A stretch of 63,504 bases of DNA, counting the filler, from Octopus bimaculoides (taxonomy: Eukaryota): assembly GCF_001194135.2 (NCBI RefSeq). It is 4 parts of 4 records of this genome, joined end to end, with 100 filler letters (N's around TTAATTAATTAA, not from the genome) between each part and the next. Parts side by side here need not be neighbours in the genome. Positions count along the whole stretch, not along the records: positions 1 to 28,522 come from NC_068989.1; 3 more parts are not named here. One strand, written 5' to 3'. The notes below the pieces were generated by a model. It did not search any database. It was not told where the DNA came from and worked only from the letters and a program-made list of their open reading frames with translations. Made by a program: the position numbers and the translations under genes. Numbering within the stretch: the first letter of the stretch is position 1; every line of letters starts with the position of its first letter. This document shows, piece by piece, positions 1-12,739 of this stretch.

Positions 1-1189
1 TATATAAACGTCCCGCACCGTTCATACGAAGAAGTAAATTTTTTTTTAAAGTATTATTAACGATATTGATAGCAATAATAAAGTAGCTAGCAAGTTCACA
101 TACCCTACTGAATCTTAATTAACCTTATATTGTGCCTGTGACGGTGTGAAGTAAGCTTCATGTAAGGAACTTACACGAGCCAGTGTAGCGAATATTTTAC
201 AAAGAGATTTTTAAAATGTATTTTCAAATAAATATCGCCGAGCATGTTTGTCATGCAAAGCGTGAAATCAACTGGTGTTGAAATATACACTACTTACTGA
301 TGTATTCAACGCAAAGATAAGCCTATTTCTCATATGTTCATTGCATTGCTGGTATGTATCTTTATCGTGAGTCTTGTGGTGGTTTTGATGTATTGGCTCT
401 GATTTTAGTAAGTGCTATTATATACCCTATTGGATTTTAATTCACCTTATATTGTGCATGTAACGGTGTGAACTTCCAAGCCACCTTGTTATTGCTATAA
501 ATAACGATAATAATATTTCTTTATTTAAACATATATGTGTGTCTGTGTGTGTGTGCGTATGTGTGTGAAATGAAAATAAGCAACCTCTGGATATCCTGTT
601 GCTTATTTTGATTTTATTCACCTTATTTTTTAAAATTGTACGGATAATACTGCACTAATTTTAGGTGCCTCAACTTAAGTACCTGATTCACCTGAATCTC
701 AATTATTTTGCTTAACTCGTGAACCAAACATATATNNNNNNNNNNNNNNNNNNNNNNNNNNNNNNNNNNNNNNNNNNNNNNNNNNNNNNNNNNNNNNNNN
801 NNNNNNNNNNNNNNNNNNNNNNNNNNNNNNNNNNNNNNNNNNNNNNNNNNNNNNNNNNNNNNNNNNNNNNNNNNNNNNNNNNNNNNNNNNNNNNNNNNNN
901 NNNNNNNNNNNNNNNNNNNNNNNNNNNNNNTATATATATATATGTGTATATATATATATATATACACATATACATATGTGTATGCATGTGTGTTTGTGTG
1001 TGTATGTATATGTATATACATGCATACATACACATATGTGTATGTGTGCGCTCGTGTGCATCTGTGTTTCTTTAACTAGTTTCAGCTCGAGAGCTGCCGT
1101 CATGCTGGTGTACCTTCGTTGGCTCTGCTACATTTTTTACTTCTTCAATCCTTCCCAAGTATGTGACATTTGGAATGAGGGACTTTGAT

Positions 1190-4100
1190 GCTGCTTTCTT
1201 CATCTGTATTTCCTGCCATGAGGTACGCGCAACCAGGATCCTTAGCAAGAAGAAAACTAATTTTATTTTAAAGGCAACTACGGGTGCACCTTGAAGCTTA
1301 CTGGGGCTTTTTTGGAGCTTATGGAAGAGTTGTGGGCCCTTAAATCTCAAACTATTGCACTACCTGGTCCTGTAACTTGATGGCGTCTTTGGAATCTTTG
1401 GCATTATGCAGTTATTCCCAGTTCTATTGTTTGCGTAATTTTCAATGCCATTGTTTGATATAAGTTCTTCCACGATTTTCTAGATGTATGTCACCGCATA
1501 TCTTTCACGCCTTCATCGTAGGGATAGAGCCTATACTATTTCAACCTTTCCCAGTAGCTGGCACGTTGCATTCAGACGACCTTCTTAATGAATCTTCACT
1601 GGTGTGCTACGAGGGCCGCCGTCAACTTTTTACTGTTGGACGACTATAGCTGGGAGCAGTATTCTAAGCGGCAGAGGACATATGTTCTCCGGAGGAGCAT
1701 CGTGCTTATTTGTTCTCTCGTTCTGAATGTTCGGAAGCTCTATCCAGCAATTCATCTGCATTTTATTGCCTACTTGTTACCATGCATTAGGAAAGATGCA
1801 TCGTTACTCTGTGCTAATGCCTAAGTTACATACTGATTTTGATTCCGTGACTGTAATCCATCCTGGGCTAGCGTATCCTATCTTCATTTCATTCAGCTTT
1901 GCGTGCTGGTAACGCAGGGCTGGGAATTTTTCAATATTATATTTCTTGTTATTGTCCTCATCCCACCGATGCGTGTACATTATTTCTAGGGACCTGTATC
2001 CTATGAGAGATATATGTATGATGTTAATAGCTAGAACAGCTGGCTATATGAACAGCTGGCTATATGAACAGCTGAATGCAGATCTGAGAGATTATAAATA
2101 GCAATGGCCCTCGGACAAATCCCTGTGGAACCCAATTCATTATTTGTGTTCCCTTAGATGTGACTCCACCGGCCACCACTGTCTGGCTTCTATCGTTTTG
2201 CCTCAGTCCAAGCTTTCCGGTTTACCGACATCACACAGCTTGTGATATATCATACCACGACCGATTTTATCAGAGGCGTTTGCAAAGTCGAGATATATCA
2301 CGTCCATATTTGAGTTATTGAGCAACTGCTTTAGCACCTAAACATAGTGCCGTAAGAGCTATGTCAATCAGTTTCTATCTGGTCGAAAACTGTTTACGGT
2401 GTCACCATGTCATTCTCTTCGAGAAGTACAATTAGCATGATGCGGAATATTCGTTCCATGACTTTGCTGATGTGTGAGGCGAGAGAGATAGGCCTATGAA
2501 TTTAGGCTTATAGTTTTAGTCCTACAAATGTTAGTATCTGATCTGATCTGTTTCCTTCTTTATGTAGAGGGCATATCATTCCCTCCTTCATTTTGCCTGG
2601 GAGCTTACCACTTGCCTTGATCTGAGAAGAACTGCTAGGAAGCCATCAAGGTAAGTAGCTAAGTTTTCATCTACCTCAGTTATGGCCAGTATCACATCTT
2701 TAGTGTCAATCGAATCAATTTTTTTCATCCTTCGTTACAGGGGAAGTGGCAAAGAATTCCGTAGATTTGTTTACTTAGCTATATCCTAAAGGAGTGAACA
2801 CACTTTTGTGGAAAGTGAACAACACATTTTTGTTTTCTTTGTTCAGTATTTCACTTATCCTCATTGAGTTTCCGAGGGCGGGCGTCCTTTTAGAAAAATG
2901 GGCCTATCTTATAGCGTATTGAGGTTGTTTCTTTGGCAAAGCTAAAAAAAGAATTAGTGGTTGACTTAATGATTCTTTTGTAATCCATGCCACCTTGTCG
3001 GCTTTCTCTTTTTCATGGTATTGGTGCAGCTCCAATAGCATTGGTGCAAGCTCCAACAGTATTGTTTTCAAGCAGGCCTTTTCATCACTTTTAAGAAGTT
3101 TCTTCAGGTCGTTGGCAATCTTTGTCTGTTCTCTCTTAAGAATTTTTCTCTCACTGTGTATCTCGTTCTTGTGGTCTGTAAGAGATTTGTCGCATATTGC
3201 TTGCATTAAGAACATAAAATGCGTGAGCTCCGTGTCCATACCTGGTGTGGAGAGATATTTATGCCAATCCTGTTTGAGGATCTGTCTCTCGATTGATTTC
3301 CAATTTGTTTATGAAAGACATTTTTAGTGCTTCGTATAGGCTGTATCTCTACATGCGCCTTGGTCCAAACACAAACAGCTCTATTATGTTTTGATCCGAG
3401 ACTAGTGTCGGTGTCACTTTCATATTATGGATGATATCCAAACAGTTTGTGAAGCAGAGAGACCAGTACATTATTTGTCCTGTTTGGTTGGAGAACAATT
3501 TACATGACTGAAGCATTGTTATGGTTTAGAAGCATGAATCCATCCGGCCATCCCACATTGGGTACGTTGAAGTCACCCAAAAGGAATGTACTGATGTGTT
3601 GCATCCTTGTGGTTAAAAATTATATCATCTTTTGGATGTAGTCTTCAAATTTGCTGATTTCAAATATCTGTTGGACGATATATAATACATATAAGAATAT
3701 CAACTTGTCTTATGTATACAGTTTGAGTCACATACTGAAGTTCAATATGACAGTAGCAACTGGGGCGTGAGGTTCTCAATAGTGTGTATATTGCAACTGC
3801 ACCGAGAGTCCTTTTTTCTCTTTCCCGTTTATATTACAACATATATTGGTATGTATACTTCTGCATTCGTAATATCAAATCTGATATCCAGTGCTACAAA
3901 TGCTAAGTATAAAGTTTGATTGCAGTAAGGTCTCTTAGAAAGGAGATTTTTCGTCTGTAGTTGAGGTGCACTAGACCTCCGTTGTTTGAAAGAAATATTG
4001 GTGTGAAACCTGTGTTTGGGTTAGTGTTGATCATCCTCTATCTGTTGACTGATGTAGTCACGTGTGGGGGTTGAGAGTAGTCTAGAATTCGCCTAAAAGA
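1190..4100 (-). mobile_element. Decayed CR1/L2-like LINE (ORF2 with reverse transcriptase)
   Basis: Minus-strand remnants of RT motifs: LDFAKA near 2270-2300 and GVPQG near 2110-2140. The C-terminus reads like YWERL..YPYDE/RRERY and LRFKGPQLF. Many stops and frameshifts; the 5' boundary is approximate. Confidence 0.85.
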
Positions 4101-4195
4101 AATGATGGGATTATGTCATCAATAATGAGGGGAAATATCTGCATTAAATATATTAAGATCAATGAAGCATTTGCTTCTTTCCCATCTGTGTGTGT

Positions 4196-4197
4196 AT

Positions 4198-4260
<63 letters not shown>

Positions 4261-4309
4261 GCATGCGTGTACATATATACATATTCAAATATATATATGT
4301 GAGTGTGTG

Positions 4310-4364
<55 letters not shown>

Positions 4365-4455
4365 ATGTATTATGTATGTATGTATGTATGTATGTTGTAT
4401 GTATGTATGTATGTATGTATGTATGTATGCATGCATGTATGTATGTATGTATGCA
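4196..4455. repeat. Compound microsatellite (TAGA)n/(TA)n/(TGTA)n
   Basis: Seen directly; one representative of many compound microsatellites in the window. Confidence 0.98.
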
Positions 4456-5082
4456 TGAGAAACAGATAAAACAGGATCACGTATGTTTGCCAGTGCAAAC
4501 ATATTTTTACATACCATCATTATATGTTGTCATTAGGATAACAATTTTCATAAATATATATTTTACCATAATTTACAAAATACTAAAATATGATATTCTC
4601 AAATACTAAAGTATTTCTCAAACACAATAATACACACTTTCGGCTAGATATCTTGAGAATACCAAACAAATTAATTCCTACTGAGGATCTAACACTATTC
4701 GTGGCATTAAAAGAAATGAGTATCTGATACTCTCTTTTCATCATAACTTAATTTTGTTTGTGTATGTAATAAAAACAAATCAATTTCAGAAATGACTAAA
4801 TCGTTCCAAGATTTATTGGTACATAAATTGTATATCACATAAAAGCAAACATAACATATAACAAGCAATGAATTACAAATCCGTGAGCCATTTTATAAAC
4901 TTATTACAAGAAATGTTTGTCACGCTTCGACACAATTTCTTTCGGATGAAAGATATATAAATATATTTACAAGAAATATTTTAGATTTGAATTGATGTCT
5001 TTTCTTATAACGAATATATGTAAGTATATTTAGGCAACTCTCTTCTCGTTCAATTCAGTTACTAAATAAAAAAAAGTTGCTG

Positions 5083-5084
<2 letters not shown>

Positions 5085-5167
<83 letters not shown>

Positions 5168-5171
5168 ACAC
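5085..5171. repeat. (CA)n microsatellite
   Basis: Seen directly. Confidence 0.98.
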
Positions 5172-6049
5172 AAATATAAAAAGCATCTATTTATCTATAC
5201 ACACATATTTACATATATATATATATGTATGTATGTATGTAGTTAGGTATGTATTTATATATGTATGTATAACTCGTTACTCTATTAATATGTAATATAC
5301 GCTAATATCCTTAAACAGAGCTTTAGAAACGAAATTTGCACGACTTTTACAAACATTTTTCTTGATATATTTTATGTAATATATTTTTTGATGGTTAAAG
5401 GACATTATGATACAAAAATTTTATTGAAGCTGAAGATACGCCTTTCTGCATAGTATATTTTTTAATGCTTCATATACGTTATGATGCAAATAAACGAATG
5501 AATCTGATGATTCCGGACACAATCTGCGAGAAAATCAATGAAATGTTAATCAATTTAGAAGCTTCTTACTTGTTAGAAAATAACACTGCTACAGAATTCA
5601 CTTTAAAATATTCGTATCCTGTAACATTGCTAAGTGGGCAGCTTTGTAAATTTAGTGAAAAAAAGAGTGTAGCGAAGAGAGCGAGAGAAAGACTTATTAC
5701 ACTTCGGTATTTAAGAAGCAAGGGTGGATCGGTGCTGGACTCAGAAGGCAGTTGAACTCACAGAACAGACAGCCCGGCACAATTGTAGCACTGATGATAC
5801 CGTTGTAGAAGTTTTGACGCGCGGTAAAAAGAGAGTTTGACGCTTCGAGCATAGCTCTTCGGAAGGAAAAAGTCCAAAGAAGGTAAAGAAATCGCCAACA
5901 CCACACATACGCTCTCTCACACACACGCACATATGTATGTGCATGTATGTATGTATATGTTCGATTAAATGTCCAGTAGAATATTCAGGGTGTGTACACT
6001 TAGAAAACCACCCCCACGAGTATTTAGCGCCCAGAGGCTGGTCCAAACC

Positions 6050-6400
6050 ACATGTGTTAGTCGTACGTTGTTGGTATACTCTCGGGCCTCTGATATGTCG
6101 TGAATCTACAATCTACAAATTTTATGCATTGTGGTATTTTGTTAGTTTGTAGTTTTTCCCTGAACTGCATTATAGCATGTATGTGGTCTATTTTTTTTAC
6201 TGAAGTCTTTCCCTGAAGTTTGCCTGTTATCCTGTGCTGTTCTCATTCAGCTTACTTACAATTTTTTGCTTATATAACTTTTGAGATTTTGTAGATGTAT
6301 GACAGACCTTTTGCATCCCATTTTTCGTGAAGAAGGATTAGTTCGGAATTTTTCCACATAACGGGTAACTTATGTTCATGTAGGCCTTGTGGTATATATT
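6050..6400 (-). mobile_element. Possible highly decayed Penelope-like GIY-YIG remnant
   Basis: Minus translation KGLSYIYKISK...RITGKLQ loosely resembles the GIY-YIG 'VIYKI..C...Y.G.T' layout; heavily degenerate. Confidence 0.3.
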
Positions 6401-7676
6401 TTATCTAGTTCCTCCTCTGTCCTGCTATTTATATTATATCTCTTTCTATCGCATCTGGACCAGCAATTTTATTGTTTTTCAATTCCTTTATAATATTTCT
6501 ATATTCTTATGTCTCAAGCTACTAGCACCTTCGGATGATTTCTACTCAACCGCTACACAATTACTACTCGACTGCTACTCAACACACCTACCATGGCCAG
6601 ACTACCTCTATTTATATGTCTTGGGAGATCCTACTTCCTCGTCTGGGGGCGTCGACACAACACTTCTGCCTCCAACATGTCTGGGACTCTTCGTTTATAA
6701 ATTGCATTCCGTCGTTGTTATTTAGGTTAGTGATTGCGTAACTCCGCTCTATAGTCATCTTTTGCTAAAGACTTTTGCTGTTTTCAATTGTTTCCTTGAT
6801 TGTCTCCATATTTGACTTTCTTTTATTTTCTATAACTTATTTCTTTTCCTTATTGTTTTACATAATTCCATATATTCAATGCTTTGTGTAGATGAGTCTT
6901 GTTTCTTTGTTCGTTTTTGATTTTTAACTTTTTTCTATTAACTGCAGTCTTCTTAGTTTTTTTTTATTGCTTACGTAATAATATTCGTTATCTCCTCGGT
7001 ATTGTTAATATCTATCATATCCCGAAGTATGTGAGAAGAGGGAAGAAGAGATGTAACTGTTAAAATGAGGAGAAATTCAAAGGAAAAGGTGGGAAAAGAA
7101 GAAGGAAAGAAAGAAGAGGAGAAAGTGTGAAAACAAAAGGAGTGAAAGAAAGTGAAATAGTTGAAAAAGGGAGTGGTAGTTGGTGGTCAAGATATTATGA
7201 GGGAGATGGGAGAGGAGTAGGCGAGGGGTAGAAAGAGATAAGAATGTAAGTAATGAATATGTCTGAGGTGGAGTGATATGCGAAAATGGCACTAAGGGAT
7301 GGGTACAGAAAAAGGTATACGAGGCGGGAGGGGTCCTAAAGTGAGTAGTAAACTTCAAAACGGAAGGGAAGAAAACTAAGAATGGTCAAGTTTCTATAAA
7401 TAGACTTATGTGTATATTCTACTGGCTAATGTGATAGTGTGGTTTGCGGAATCATAGAGAAGAAAAGAAGCGTATATTGAATATATGCACGCGCGCACAC
7501 ATGTACATATATGGGTGTGTATACACTATTTATATGGGCCTGCGTACTTGTGTAGTTAAACTCGTACGCTTGCATGCATATATATATACACATACACACA
7601 TACACATATACATATACACAAATATATATACATACATATACATACATACACACATATATATGCGTACACACGCATT

Positions 7677-7710
<34 letters not shown>

Positions 7711-8104
7711 TTGTTTGAAATGTATTTGGAAGTATACAAATTTCTAAACATCGCCATACGTCCTTAAAAAAACAGTTGCATTATGAACAGGCGCAAAATG
7801 TCATTTATGCTGAAATCGTTTTCCGTAAGAATATTTTAATAAATCAAAATTTATTCTTTAAAGCGCAGAATATATTGTATGTGTATTTCTAAAATACATA
7901 GATTTTGCATTTTCTTGTAGAAGTTATGGTGATGAGGGTAACATATGTGTGCTTACATTAATATCTCTATGAACAATTATGATGAAACATGTATATCTCT
8001 ATTCATTTTGGTTTGGCATAACATTTACATTACATATTGCATTAATGGTGTAATGAAATGTATTCAGTTTTCTAGCAAACATAGCACAAATATATATATA
8101 TATA

Positions 8105-8135
<31 letters not shown>

Positions 8136-8353
8136 CTTTGTGTCTTTGTGCATATGTGTGTGCTTGTGTGTGAGCTTGTGTATAAGTGTATGTATACGTA
8201 TGTATTGAACGCATATATTGAATAACTTTCCTAAAACACTGCATAGAATTGAAATTCTTGCATACATGCACTTATAAATATACGCTTCTACTTAAAATTA
8301 CATACAATTATAAAGCATAACGTGCTTACACACACACATACACACACACACAT

Positions 8354-8388
<35 letters not shown>

Positions 8389-9129
8389 NNNNNNNNNNNN
8401 NNNNNNNNNNNNNNNNNNNNNNNNNNNNNNNNNNNNNNNNNNNNNNNNNNNNNNNNNNNNNNNNNNNNNNNNNNNNNNNNNNNNNNNNNNNNNNNNNNNN
8501 NNNNNNNNNNNNNNNNNNNNNNNNNNNNNNNNNNNNNNNNNNNNNNNNNNNNNNNNNNNNNNNNNNNNNNNNNNNNNNNNNNNNNNNNNNNNNNNNNNNN
8601 NNNNNNNNNNNNNNNNNNNNNNNNNNNNNNNNNNNNNNNNNNNNNNNNNNNNNNNNNNNNNNNNNNNNNNNNNNNNNNNNNNNNNNNNNNNNNNNNNNNN
8701 NNNNNNNNNNNNNNNNNNNNNNNNNNNNNNNNNNNNNNNNNNNNNNNNNNNNNNNNNNNNNNNNNNNNNNNNNNNNNNNNNNNNNNNNNNNNNNNNNNNN
8801 NNNNNNNNNNNNNNNNNNNNNNNNNNNNNNNNNNNNNNNNNNNNNNNNNNNNNNNNNNNNNNNNNNATATATATATATATATACGATAAGAAGATGGAGG
8901 AAAAATAACAATGAGAAGTGTGTCTTTGGTGCTAAAAAGCCATTATTTGATTAGTTAAGCCAGGTGAGGGTAAGAGTGAGTTTACAGTTGTTTCTGTGAA
9001 CTATGTTGCGGTAAATTTGTATTTACCTCGTTGCAAATGGTAGACACCATCAGAACGAAGAAGGCAGGGATAGACATAGAGGAAAATAGAGCGAAAGATA
9101 GAGGGAGAAACCTGGCAAGAAAATATTCA

Positions 9130-10240
9130 ATGATTCGAAAGTCTTACATTTTAGTTAGGTTCAATGTTCATTAAATCCGTTGTGAGGTAGATGAAGAATA
9201 GAGGTTGGTTGAATCTAGATACTCGTAGTTAGTTATTAGCATGACTTCCACGTGTCTCCCTGTTCGGCTAGTTGACCGCCGGTGTAATCTGAGGGAGTTA
9301 TCCCTAATTAGGGATACCCGGTGTGGTTAATAGGATCTATGTGTCACTAACTTTTAGGTTGTAGGTAGTTCATATATCTGTACAAAGGAAGCTGTAAATA
9401 AGGGTAAAGTTTATATCTAACAGCAGTTCGATTTAGCGTGTAAATAGACAAAATAACGGAATAATATATAGGTTTGAAGAGTGCAATGAAAAAGAAAAAG
9501 AAAAATATAAAATGGGCGATTTAATATGTAAAAAGAGTTCTCGACTGTAATGAATTATAGTAGTTTTCGACTGTAATGAATTATAGGAAAAAGTAGGCTA
9601 GCGTAGAATGTAGATTAGGTATATTGTTATTTATTGATAATGCGATTTGGAACAGGCTAACGTAGAATGTAGATATTAATTATTTATTTAAAATGTGGTT
9701 TGGATATTCGTAAGGTAGTTAAGGTTCAGGGAGGTTGATGGGAGGTAATACGCTGATAAGTATGTCTGCTAATGACATTTAATCTAGGAGATAGTGGTGT
9801 ATGCAGGAAAGAGCGGGTTTAACGGAACTTACAGAATACAAATCAGCCTTTATGGAATTATTATTTTCATATTTCTTATTGCTTAGAGGTGATTTGGCCA
9901 TTAAAATTAGTAGTTTTTCAGTTATACAAAGTTCACATCGCTTATTGTTAATGCCATAATACGGAGTTTTTGTGAGGATACGCCATTCTAAACTATATTT
10001 CACGTTTTTGCCTTTTAATTCCCAAATGTAGCTACTAAATCCTGTAGACTTTGATTCACTTCTATTTCTAAAAGTTGATTGGTGGGAACTGTATCTAAGT
10101 ATCCTTTCGTTTTTGTGGTTCCAACATGAGATTTCCTATGGTTATTTGCGAGTACATCGCATTGGTATATTACGTTTTTTTGTTTTACACCTATTGGAGA
10201 ATTGACACTTATTTCAGTCTCTGCAGTCACATAAATTATT
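9130..10240 (-). mobile_element. Penelope-like retroelement 3' part (GIY-YIG endonuclease remnant + pseudo-LTR)
   Basis: ORF fragments KNVIYQCDV...SHVGTT (10015-10230) and LEWRILTKTPYY..NKRCELCITEKLLIL (9779-10003), followed by a region repeated in inverted form at 10396-11250. Confidence 0.85.
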
Positions 10241-10395
10241 CAGTTTATCTGTGCTTATGCTGTGTTGTGTGTGTGTGTGGGGGGGGGGGGTTATTATTTA
10301 TCAGGTCGCTGTCCTTATTGTTTGAGAGCGAGTTATCATGGGTGAGATTTGTTCTATTTGCCTGTTGGCTGTTATGCTTTATGTTGCTATTTTTC

Positions 10396-11250
10396 CTACT
10401 AATTTTAATGGCAAATCACGTCTACTCAATAAGAGATAGATATGAAAATAATAAATTTTGTTTGCATAAAGGCCGATTCGTATTCTCAAAGTTCCGTTAA
10501 ACCCGTTCATTCCTGTATACATCACTATCTCCAAGCTTAAATGTCATTAGCAATCCTACTTAGCGTATTACCTCAACCTTCCTGAACCTTCACTAGCTTT
10601 TTTTTGTTTTTGGTTTTCATTACACTCTTCAAATCTAATTTTTTGTCTATTTACACGCTAAATCGTACTGCTAATTTACAGCTTCCGTTGTAAATATACG
10701 AACTACCTACGACCTATAAGTTAGTGACACATAGGTCCTAATAACCGCACCGGATATCCCTAATTAGGGATAATTCCCTCAGATTACACCGGTGGTGAAC
10801 TAACCGGACAGGCAGACTCGTGGAAGTCATGCTATAACTGACTACGAGTATCTTACATTCAACCAACCTCTATCCTTCATCTACCTCACAACGGATTGAT
10901 GAAGTTTAGAGGAGTGGAGCTTGAGGCTTAATTTGACTCGACATGGGATAATTAAAATGCAAGACTTTCCAACTCTTTTTACAGGTTAAATCTCCCCTTT
11001 TTATATATTTCTTTTTCTTTTTCATTGCACTCTTCAAACCTATATATTATTCCGTTATTTTGTCTATTTACACGCTAAATCGTCCTGCTGCTAGATATAA
11101 ACTTTACCCTTATTTACGGTTTCCTTTGTAAATATACGAACTACCGACAACCTGAAAGTTAGTGACACATAGGTCCTATTAACCACACCGGGTATCCCTA
11201 ATTAGGGATAACTCCTTCAGCTTACCCCGGTGGTCAACTAGTCGAACAAG
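10396..11250 (+). repeat. Two inverted pseudo-LTR copies of the adjacent Penelope-like element
   Basis: 10396-10970 is the reverse complement of parts of ~9130-9925, with deletions. ~10985-11250 is the reverse complement of ~9265-9535. Shared blocks include ttagtgacacatagg and ctatttacacgctaaatcg. Confidence 0.9.
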
Positions 11251-12597
11251 CAAACATGTGTAAAAACATCGATTTATGCATTGGGTAATATGTTATACCT
11301 AATCGGAAGATAAGTTACAGATGACATTTTGGATAAATTGCACTTTTGGATATATAATGTATCCTATATATGCTAAATATTCCGTTATTCATTATGCATT
11401 ATTTGAAACCTATAGAGAAAAACTGCTTCCGGTGTTTTACAAATAATTCATCTTATCCGTGGATATAAGCTGGCGAAAATAGCTCATGTAACACAATAAT
11501 CATTGTTGAGCTTTAAAATTAATGGAATACATTAATGTTTGCATGTAAAGAGTTTGGAATATGCTAGGCTGAAAAAAAGTTACTGTATTCTAATAAATTT
11601 TAGATATTGTATATTCGATAATGAAAGACATTTTATTAGAGAGGGTAAGAAAGATTTCCGATTGTACGATATGAATTAAATTACTTCAATATCTATTTGT
11701 GTAGATAACAATGAAGTTTCACAACTTTACACTTGTAAAGTTGTAAAGTGACATGCAAGACATGGTTGAACAAAAAATCATTTTAAATAGGATACAATCT
11801 GTTTGTGTTTAGAACTTTTCATGACTTGAAAAACTGCTCAAAACAAAGCAAAACATATTTACAATTATATATAACTTGTCTGAAATTTTACTTGATAGCA
11901 TAACTCATAGTAATCTGTTTATATTTATAATAAACGCCATTCAGACTTCAAAGCTGATGAAGATTGCGTGCGATAAGTTTTCAATGCACATTATGAAGAG
12001 GAGAACCCAGAGCTTACCGAACTCAAACACACTCGAAAATCTTGTTAATATACTCAATTTAGATCAAATAGACTTCTTACACGAAATATTTTCAAGCTTT
12101 TATTTATATATTTATAATAACTGAAAACAACTTCTGAAGAAATTCGATTTGAAAAATAGGTTAGAAAATATAAGCCTAGACATAAATCAATTGGAAATAT
12201 GCTCATAAAAAAAATTCCATTAAGACTTGTATTACAAAATCAAATGCACCGTTTTCTTTCACGTATGCAACAACGAACTAATGAGATGTATTATGTAATA
12301 TTACAGAAGAAAGTCACGAAAATAGATTCTTCTAGTGTACTTAAAAGATATGTGTACAATCGCCTTTCACAAACTGACATTTAATCTATATACACACGCA
12401 TGTATATACATAAATATATGTGTATATATTGGAGCTAATTCACGGCAGCTTTCATCCTAATTTTGGGACTGCCATGTTGGCTTGGCGATAACTATTAATT
12501 TCCAGTACCGCTGCCGTAGTCTCCTTTAGAGAGACTTTGAAATATTAATAACTCTATTTCTGAAACCCAGTGGATAGATTCCACTGAAATTAGATAA

Positions 12598-12739
12598 ATA
12601 ACCTTCGAACAGACAGTCAGTAGCGCTGCCTGGCTGGAGCTTGGCTGCTCTGCATTGACAAGGGGCAACACCCTGAAACTAGTCTGCAGATGCCAAACCA
12701 GCAAGGGGAAACTGCTGACCTCCCCTGTTCGAAGGTTAT
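12598..12739. mobile_element. Putative MITE with 15-bp perfect terminal inverted repeats
   Basis: ataaccttcgaacag (12598-12612) / ctgttcgaaggttat (12725-12739); a TA dinucleotide lies within each outer end. Confidence 0.6.

Noticed and set aside
113-471. ~50-bp direct repeat (taccctac/t...acggtgtgaa) at ~102-150 and ~423-471
   Set aside because: Real, but most likely internal to a decayed repeat cut by the window edge; nothing further can be supported.
11199-11212. TAGGGATAAC resembles half of the I-SceI site
   Set aside because: Only 10 bp match, and it is explained by the palindrome.
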